The notes beneath the pieces were generated by a model, which made no database searches, was not told the DNA's origin, and was given only the letters and a program-made list of their open reading frames with translations. Below, one piece after another: positions 50,367-58,500 of a stretch of DNA of 64,000 bases. The position numbers and the translations under genes are program-made. Source of the DNA: Caecitellus pseudoparvulus (lineage: Eukaryota > Protista > Bigyra: Bicosoecida); NCBI GenBank assembly GCA_965644315.1, contig CBFFRQ010000034.1:175492-239491 (forward strand). The letters are read 5' to 3'. The first letter of the stretch is position 1, and each line of letters starts with the position of its first letter.

Positions 50367-52067
50367 ATGGACGGGTGGGGGTGGGCAGTGGACGAGCCAG
50401 GAGAGTGGACAGCGGCACGGGAACCCGGCGGCGTCCCACAGTGGGCCGAATTGTCGCAGCCAGCTGAAGATGGCGGGCAAAAGAGCGCCGAGGGCGTTTC
50501 AACCCAGGACGAGTTTGTTTCTGCATGCAAAGACGGCTGCGTGGACCGAGTGCGCCAGTTGCTCGCCTTGACGGGCGAGCAGGCAGTGTGTCCACACAGC
50601 AATAGCAGCGAGGGGTTCAGACTGGCGTGCGAACATGGGCACTTGCCCGTGCTGCGGGAGCTGCTCGCGTTGGAGTCGGGCCGCGCCGTGGACGTGCACG
50701 CGAGAGGGCGACAAGGGCCCGAGGCTGCCTTCCGCAAAGCGTGCCAGCACGGCCACGTCGCTGTCGTGCGTGAACTGCTGGAACTGGGCGGCCCCCGTGC
50801 CGTTAACGTGCACGCTGGGGACTGGGATGGCGCAGATGCCGGGTTTCGCTTGGCATGTGCACACGGGCACGTTGAAGTGGTGCGCTTGCTGCTTCAGCTG
50901 CAGGGGGAGCGTGCAATCGACCCACGGGTGGCGGACGAGGGGGGGCCTGACGCGGCGCTGCGGACCGCCTGCGCGAGCGGCCATGTGGCAGTGGTCCGTG
51001 AGCTCTTGGGTCTGGGGCCCGACCGCACCGTGAACGTGCACGTTCGGGGAGAGACGTGCTTTCGCGCAGCCTGTGCCAACGGCCACACGGAGGTTGTCCA
51101 GGAGCTCCTAGCACTGTCTGGGCCTCGTGCAGTGGATGTGCATGCTGCAGATGAAGACGGCCCGGAGGCCGGCTTCAGACGAGCTTGCCGAGGTGGGCAC
51201 CGCGGTGTGGTGCGCCTGCTCCTGTCACTGGTTGGGTCGCGGGAAGTGGATGTCCACGCCGTGGAGGAAGCAGGCTTTCGCCAGGCATGCTACAACGGCC
51301 ATGTTGACGTCGTTCGTGATCTGCTGCACTTGTCTGGACACAGGGCCGTGGACGTGCATGTCAAGGCAGAGAGTGCTTTTCGCTGGGCTTGCTCGTACGG
51401 CCACGTGGAAGTCGTGCGGGAGTTACTGGCCCTCACGGACCATCGGAGAGTTGATGTCCATGCCAACGGCAGCGTCTGTCTTGAGTGGGCGTGCCAGGCA
51501 AACGTGGAGGTCGTGCGCCTCCTGCTCGCCTTGGAGGGGGATCGGGCCGTTGACGTGCATGCGCGAGACAGCGCAGGTCCCGAGGTCGCCTTTCGAACAG
51601 CCTGCATGTACGGCCATGCTGACATTGTGCGCGAGCTGCTCGAACTGTCTGGCTCACGCGAAGTGGACGTCCACGCACGGGATGAGCGCGGTGCAGAGGC
51701 CGGCTTCCGCAGAGCCTGTGCGAACGGCCACGTGGGCGTTGTGCGCGAACTGCTTGCGTTGGGGGGCGGTCGGGCCGTTGATGTGCACGCTGCCGATAGG
51801 CACGGGCTCGATGCGGCCTTCAGAGGCGCGTGCAGGGACGGCCATGTTGAGGTCCTCACCGAGCTGCTTGCGCTGACAGGCGCCAGAAGAGTGCCTGCGA
51901 AGGCCAGGCGGGAAGCTGGGCAAGTGGCTGTGTTTGCTGCCAAGCAGGCAGTCTGGTGTGGGAGGGGGATGGCACACGCACGGCGGTGCAATCCAGCAAT
52001 AATGCCTACAAGTAGGCATTATTGCCTTAGATATATCAACAAATATATTATATCAAATTTCTTTTAA
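50367..52067 (+). CDS. Variant ankyrin-repeat protein 3 (~13 repeats); last ~10 native codons replaced by read-through into the AT-rich island
   Basis: Same repeats. After AKQAVWCGRGMAHARR the paralogous ..LLRA ending is missing and the frame runs into AT-rich DNA (NPAIMPTSRHYCLRYINKYIISNFF*). Confidence 0.8.
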   Translation: MDGWGWAVDEPGEWTAAREPGGVPQWAELSQPAEDGGQKSAEGVSTQDEFVSACKDGCVDRVRQLLALTGEQAVCPHSNSSEGFRLACEHGHLPVLRELLALESGRAVDVHARGRQGPEAAFRKACQHGHVAVVRELLELGGPRAVNVHAGDWDGADAGFRLACAHGHVEVVRLLLQLQGERAIDPRVADEGGPDAALRTACASGHVAVVRELLGLGPDRTVNVHVRGETCFRAACANGHTEVVQELLALSGPRAVDVHAADEDGPEAGFRRACRGGHRGVVRLLLSLVGSREVDVHAVEEAGFRQACYNGHVDVVRDLLHLSGHRAVDVHVKAESAFRWACSYGHVEVVRELLALTDHRRVDVHANGSVCLEWACQANVEVVRLLLALEGDRAVDVHARDSAGPEVAFRTACMYGHADIVRELLELSGSREVDVHARDERGAEAGFRRACANGHVGVVRELLALGGGRAVDVHAADRHGLDAAFRGACRDGHVEVLTELLALTGARRVPAKARREAGQVAVFAAKQAVWCGRGMAHARRCNPAIMPTSRHYCLRYINKYIISNFF

Positions 52068-52560
52068 TATGTGCTTATCTATATCATTAAATATATATAA
52101 TTAAATATCAACGAAGTTAAAATATTATTAAAACTATCTAATAAACAATTAAGAAAAAGAAAAATATAAAATATATAATACTATCTTAATAATATCTGCG
52201 AAGCTATGATTTATACGCTTTAGCGTGTAAATCTCTAATATGATAATTTTAATTATCCTATCATTCATATCTCTAATATATCTATACTAAATCAAAACTA
52301 AATCTAAAATACAGCATTAATGTTATTTATAACAGATATCATAAAAATAAATTCTAACCGTCTCAAAAGATACAGAACAACAGAAAAAACATATATATTT
52401 TAAAAAAAAATACAAAGCTTTTATATATATAGATTTCAAAGATGTATTTTAGGTTGTAGTGTATGAATAACTTTGCGAGAATATAAATAAAAGGTGTCTT
52501 TGCGAAAATATAAAATGAACGAGCCATAAATTATATATACACAAACATTTATAAAAAAAT
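51990..52560. other. Sharply bounded AT-rich island of apparently foreign origin, containing two palindromes
   Basis: Abrupt switch from GC-rich coding DNA to very AT-rich DNA (roughly 20% GC by eye). Palindrome 51996-52025 (14-bp arms). Palindrome 52208-52233 (12-bp arms, one T/G pair). Near-direct repeat CTTTGCGA(G/A)AATATAAA at 52471 and 52498. Confidence 0.75.
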
Positions 52561-52603
52561 AGGTTTAGGTTAGGGTTAGGGTTAGGGTTAGGGTTAGGGT
52601 TAG
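52560..52603 (+). repeat. Internal telomeric tract: TAGGTTTAGG(TTAGGG)5TTAG
   Basis: Read directly. Degenerate repeats at the proximal edge become perfect repeats from 52570. Confidence 0.95.
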
Positions 52604-55517
52604 CTACTCAATGCATTGCAGATTGCCTCCATGCAGGCTACATCATGGTACAGCTTGGGCTTGGACATGTGGTGCCACCTGCGCCACAACAGAATGCAGT
52701 GACACAGACACCACGACGGCACCGCTTGCACGGCTTTGCGACTAGCACAGACTCGTGTCCGTTGTATAAGTCGCCGTCTGTCTTGGCGCTTCAGCGCCCG
52801 CCCCGGTGGGATGGTCTTGAGGTGTAGGTCCAGGTCTCGGTCCACTCTTGTCTTGTCCGTCCAGTCCAGTCTCGTCCGTCTCGGTCCGATGTCCAGGGGT
52901 GGAGACCCGACTTGCTTGGCTTGGGTGGCGGTGTGGGCTGGAGGATATGGACTCGACACGGACTGGGTGTTGCTGAGATGCAAGCACACGACCCAGCCCG
53001 GCTGTCCCTTCGGCTCAGGTTTGGGGGCGGCCTCACAGATCTTGCTGCAAGTGCCTTCCCCTTCCACTGAGCCGAGTCCTGATGTGTTGGTATCGATGTT
53101 GGGTTGGTGATGGTGAGGTTGGGTTGGACTTTCCAATGTCCGATGTCAGCTATGTGCGTCGGTCGCGACACAAAGCTTCAGTCATGTGTGGCACAGGGAG
53201 TATGCCCCCACAGGTGACTTACATCAGGCGTCCACCCATCTGCCCGATCGAGATGTGGGGCACATCCTTGACCTTGGGCAGGCGACCCTCGCCGTCTTCA
53301 GGCACCAGCCGCTTGAGGGGGTCCTTGACCTCAGCCTCCAGGGTGGCGGCCTGCTGTCGGGTCATCCGCCCATGAGGCATGGCCACCCTTGTGCCCTTGC
53401 CAGCGATGAGGGTCTGGGGGTGCACGGTGCCGTCGGTGGCCTTGTGAGGCAGGGGGGGGAAGTCATCTCGGAGAGACTGGAGTGCCCCTCGAAGCCTGTC
53501 CCGGAAGGGTGCTGGACTGCCCGCCTCGGGTGTGGTCCAGATCCGGTACAAGACGTTGATGCCTTCGGCTGCCAGCCGGGTCATGCACTTGTGCAGGGGC
53601 AGCTCGTCATGGAGGTCAGGGATGTCGGGGTTCCACAGCACCAGCTTGCCTCGATCATGGTCGACGAGGATGAGCTGCAGATGGGCCGTGTTGTCGGTCC
53701 ACACCTCTCGAAGTGCGAAGGCATACAGCACTCCGTCGAGGTGCCCCTCTTGGTCACCCTCTTCATCAACCTGGCTGGGGTCGACGCCGGCCTGGCCAAG
53801 GTCATCATGCCCGGCTGGGGCACGGTACCCTTGGTTGATGCGGTCGATGAGCAGGTGCAGGCCGGGAAGCAGGACTGGTGGTGTACCTGGGGCCAGGAAG
53901 GTGTCATCCGGCGAGTGCTGGTGCAGCATGTTGCGGAAGACGGCCACCCGTTGCCCGTCTGAGCGGAAGGGGGAGGGTGGCTTCTGGCCGACGTCCATGA
54001 TGTCCGAGCTGGACGAGTCACTGACCACCCCCTCCAGCTGCCTGACCATGTGCTTGAAGGCAAGCTGGGCAGCGTTGATGGTGGCTGCATGCTGGAGTAG
54101 GAGGAGGTCCCCAGCCTCGAAGACCCTCTCCCCTGCTGCCGTCTCGAGACAGGCCTGGACACAGGCCCGCCCCCCACGTTAGAGTACACGTGGGTCGATG
54201 ACAGCAGGTCGGCCAGAGGGCCAGGCTTGATGGGGTACTCGGCCAGGTGCTCGGGTGTCCGCACACTGTCATGAAGAGGCACCACCCTTGTGATCACCTC
54301 CCATGCTGCTGCTGCAGACGGCCGATACCGGTGCACCTCGGGGCTTGCCTCGCCCGACGGGGTGGGGGACGGCCACTTGCGGTCGACGCCCCGCTGCACC
54401 CTTGATGAAGGCAACATGGCATGCACCACAGGGGTGGTGACGGTATCTTTGGGTGAGCCTTGGGTGGCAGGTGGTGAGGTTGGTCGAGGTGCAGGTGGCC
54501 GGACGTTCTTGATGAAGACGTCCTCGAAGGTGAGGGATCGTCCGGCTGACTTGCCCTTTCCTCGCTTGCCTCGACGGGTCTTCTTCTTCTTCGGTGCCTT
54601 GTCGAGCTGAGTGTCAGTCCAGGTCGATGGTGTCTTGGTGTCGACAGGTGCATCACCCTCGGAGGGGACGGATTGTCTGACACTGGGACGGACGGCTTGG
54701 GCTGGCACGGGGCCATGGTCGAAGTGGGACCTAACGAGGCACATGACCTTGGCAACATCACCTGACTGGCAGGCGATTTCGGTTGCTTCCTTGGTCACTT
54801 GGTGGGCCACTTGGATGGCGGTGGGGTGGGCCTTCACCTTCACTTTCGCCTTCGCCGATGCGAACTGCTTGGTGTTGGTGTAGGCCACGGCGACGAACCC
54901 ACCTTGGCCGACTCGAATGGCGAAGTCGTCCTCTTGAGCAGCAAGAATGCGAAGTTGACGTGCCACTGTTGGTGAATCACCCTCACTTCCGAGCGTGACG
55001 AGGATGGTTGGCGATCCGGTGGGTCCCTGGCGCAGGGCCGCATTGGCGTTGCCGAATTCCGCACTCAGCCCTGGGATCAGCCGTTCGGCGGCTTCCCCAT
55101 AGACCTCGAGCCACATGTCCCGTGCCGAAGATGAACTATCATGATCAGTCTTGGGCAGGGGTCCTCCAAGCTCGAAGGTGCGTGCGGCACCCCGACGTGG
55201 CATGTCAGTGAAGACACCTGTTCTGGGGCCGAGCACTTGCTTGCGCTTCAGGCACCCCTCCACGAAGAGGACCCCCAGGACTTGATCCACTTGGGCGTTC
55301 ATGATGCTTGTCAATGATGCTTTTGATGTCGATCCCAGGTGCATGCCCCGACCGAGGGCGCAAACTGGGAGCCACGGTGCGATGGTGTGCGGAATTCGCA
55401 CTACCCCGCCCCGGTGCGCACCACCCAACCAGCAAGCACTGTGCAACACCACACTTGGGTGCACGAGCGCCTGGATTAGGCAATGTTAGCACTTCACAAC
55501 TTGTGATTAGCTTGACA
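52604..55517 (-). mobile_element. Element B: non-autonomous telomeric retroelement (~2.9 kb) related to element A, encoding only the ORF1-like region
   Basis: Flanked by telomeric repeats. The 5' block 55437-55491 is identical to 63216-63270. The 3' terminal ~280 nt has blocks shared with A's 3' end (CAATGCATTGCA, TACAGCTTGGGC, GTCCGTTGTAT, GCGCCCGCCC, CCACTCTTG). No APE or RT sequence. The 5' end may extend to 55528. Confidence 0.85.
53219..55302 (-). CDS. ORF1-like protein of element B (~694 aa after correcting one frameshift in the C6 run at 54170-54175)
   Basis: Colinear with the N-terminal ~740 aa of A: MNAQVDQVLGVLFV/MEAKTSQVLGALFV, GPRTGxFTDMPRRGAARTFELGG, AAxEDDF, basic KKKKTRRGKRGK, CVQACLETAAG, PPVLLPGLH, HLxLILxDHDRGxLVLWNPD. 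Adding one G to the run restores NVGGRACVQACLE. TAA at 53219-53221. Confidence 0.8.
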
Positions 55518-55528
55518 TTTGGAAAGTT

Positions 55529-55544
55529 TTAGGGTTAGGGTTAG
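55529..55544 (+). repeat. Telomeric spacer (TTAGGG)2TTAG between elements B and A
   Basis: Read directly. Confidence 0.95.
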
Positions 55545-58500
55545 TTCATTCAATGCATTGCATGTCGCCTTCACGCTTGCACGCGATACAGCTTGGGCAT
55601 CACATGTAGCGTTCGCTGCTGTGCACAAGGCACACCAGGAGCGCTACAGCGGCTCCCACTCTCGTGGGTCTGCAGCCATCACGGACATACGTCCGTTGTA
55701 TGAGCCGCCGCTTGCTAGGGCGCGCCCGCGCCCGCCCATACGTGTCGAACTGCCCCGCCCGCGCCCTCTCGGCTCAGTCGGCTGAGCCAGAGGGGGCCGG
55801 GCCCACTCTTGCTTCGTTCCAGTCCACACTTCGCTTCATAATTCAGAAACCCCCCGCTTCTCCTGGCCCTTGCCAGGCACTGCACGTGTGCCTGGGGCCA
55901 CTGCGCGCTGTCCTGAGCCGCAGTGGCCGCCTTCGGGTGGCGTTTCACGACGGTGTTGCACTGCACCACGCCGGTGGTAGCAGCGCGCACCGCCGGAACA
56001 ACGCCACCCGCGCACCAAGAACACCAAGAACACCTCCTTTTCTTCACAGATAATCCAGCTGACTCATCACTCAAGGCCCTGAGGACCTGTGCGCCCCGCC
56101 TGCGACGTTGCCCCGCGCGCCCGCGTGTTCACCCTGCCAAATTCCGCGCGCCCCGTCACAGGAATCTATCTCGGGCTGCACGTGGACCCCGAGCCATCAT
56201 GTAAGTATACTGGACATATTCACTTCATCATCTTCCAACTTTCCGCAGGTTCCGTCATTCATCAAGGACATCACATCACCCTGCTCTCGCACTTCGCTCA
56301 GCCACGACCGTGGTTGTCACCACGCCACGCCGTAAGCTTGCACCGCCTCGCGCCGCGCTCTACACACATCGCCCGCTACTCAGAGTCAGATGGACACTTC
56401 AAGGACGACCCAGAGGACGACGCCGAGGATGAAATCGACGGTGCCGGAGGTTCCTCGTGGACTTCCGGCCGTGCCAGCCCGAAGTCGAGCAAGGTGGCCT
56501 GCCTCGTGAAGGAGCGAGGCGGCCGACGAGGGGACTTGACAGGGAAGTAAGTGCGCTCGAAGCGCCGCGTCTTCACGTCCCGCACATGCTTCCTCACAGT
56601 ACTCGGATCAGGAGCCGAGTAACCTGGGAGAGGACACGTTCGTCCATGCGCCGCCCACCAGAGGTACCGGGCGTGCCTCTGGATGTGACGGTCGGCACGA
56701 GAGGTAAGGCTGAGCATGCACGTCACCACCGCGTCCCACGCAGATACCGCGAGGCCCGTGGCAGCTACCAGGGCCTCGCGCCAGTACTTGGGGGGGCGGA
56801 GTGGACCCGAGGAGCCGCGGAGAGTGACATGGGGGTTACTCAGGACCGCGGCTGCCTCGGGACTCCAGGGCTGTTGTGCCGGAGGCTGGCCCCACCGATG
56901 GGGCCACTGGCCGCACAGCAGCAGTCGCAGCAGCAGCAGGCGACACGGGCGGCCCAACAAGCGGCCTTCGTCGGCGTGGACAACAGCATCCAGCAGTGGG
57001 GGGGGTACTTCGAGGTACTGGCAGTTGGCGACCCCCTCACTGCATCATTGGATCTGGACAGGAGGTTCCGCACCTCTGACAGGGCGGACCTTCTCGCAGG
57101 GACCAGGGCGTGGTGGGGGCAGTCAAGAAGGACGTGCTCCTGCAGGCTGCACCAGGAGACGCTGTGGCACAGGGGGCAGGCGCTGAACAGTGTCGGGGTG
57201 TCATCCCCGTTGAACACTTGAAGCGTCTGCCACAGGTGCACCTTCACACGTCTCTCCTGATCGCCTTCGTGGACCCAGAAGACTGGGTTCACAGAGGAAG
57301 GGATCGGGTGCAGCCAGGCGAAGAAGCGAGCACCCACACCGATGTGGTACTCCTTCGGACGCCTGGTGGCCTTCATCTCCCCCGTGGGAGTGTAGCCAAC
57401 TGCACCGCACTTGACCGTCTGGGCCACATGAAGGAAGGAGGCGACGACGCGTTGCCGAGTGGCCCAGGGGGTGGTGTCCGGGAACTGGGGGGCAGCCGAC
57501 AGATCTGAGGACTCCGCTGCCGCGAGTCCAAGCAGCTGGATCTTGGGGGGGGCGGGGTCCATCCCAGCGGTGATGTCGACCCCGTGTGTGTCTGGGGCAG
57601 AGTCAGGCGGCGGCTCCAGGCACACAGCCTCCAGGCGTGCGCGGTCAGGGAGGCATCCAAGGAGCCAGAGGTCGAGTAGACCGTGTAAGGCCCATGGATC
57701 TGGGATGCCTCCAGCGCCTGGCCTGTCGAGGCGGACATTGGCCAGGAAGATGCTGGCCATGTCCAGGGGGGAGGGCAGCAGGTCCAGGGCTTGGCGCAGG
57801 CTGATGGACAGCGCCTTGGCCATGGGGGTGGGCACTTGGACATTCTTCAGCAGCTTCATGAAGATAATGCTGCGGAGTTTCGTCGCCCGGATGTGTGTTG
57901 GCAAGACGCCGCACACAGCAAGCTTTGCATAGTTGTGCATACGTGCTAGCGAGCTTTGCATCCCCAGCTGGGCCTTGCTGAAGGCGATGGCAAGTCCACG
58001 ATCGACGTCCCGCAAAGGTAGCACCGAGTTGCTGACCTGGGACGCCAAGATGTAGTCGGCGGCACTGTTGATGGAGGCAGTGCCGATCCGCTGCTTCAGG
58101 ATCGGACTCAGCCACGCACTACTGAGGAGGGCACCGCAGCCGAACCCAGCCCGAGTGCAGGACAGAGTGGCCTGCCTCGTGGCAAGCAGTCGGGTTCGGC
58201 TGACAGTTTCAGACAGGGGGACACCCAAGTACGAGTAGGTGCTCGTGCGTTGGATGGGTGTCCCCTTGACCTTCATGGACTGCCCTGACCTCAGCCAGCG
58301 GGACCGCCAGATGAGCTTCCGCCGCTCCGTGGCTGACACCCCATTGACCTGTTGCGCCCCGGTGAGGACCATGACCCCGGACTTGCGCGGGTTGATGGCC
58401 AAGCCCACCCGGCTGCCCAGGGCCTTGACTTCAAGGAACATCCGATGGAGGGCAGCAGGGGTGGTGGCGAGGCAAGCAAGATCGTCCGCATAGAGCGTAT

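Noticed and set aside
47700-51900. Regularly spaced GTGGA(T/C)GTGCA(C/T)GC repeats resembling a CRISPR array
   Set aside because: They encode the VDVHA of ankyrin repeats with synonymous variation. The context is eukaryotic and there are no cas genes.
52070-52360. Several TCTA words in AT-rich context resembling the CroV/mavirus late promoter
   Set aside because: A 4-mer is expected frequently at this composition and none precedes a credible ORF, so it is too weak to call.
52600-53136. 178-aa ORF in the 3' region of element B sharing RRLIQRT with A
   Set aside because: The similarity is explained by the conserved RNA stem-loop, and the equivalent frame in A stops shortly afterwards.
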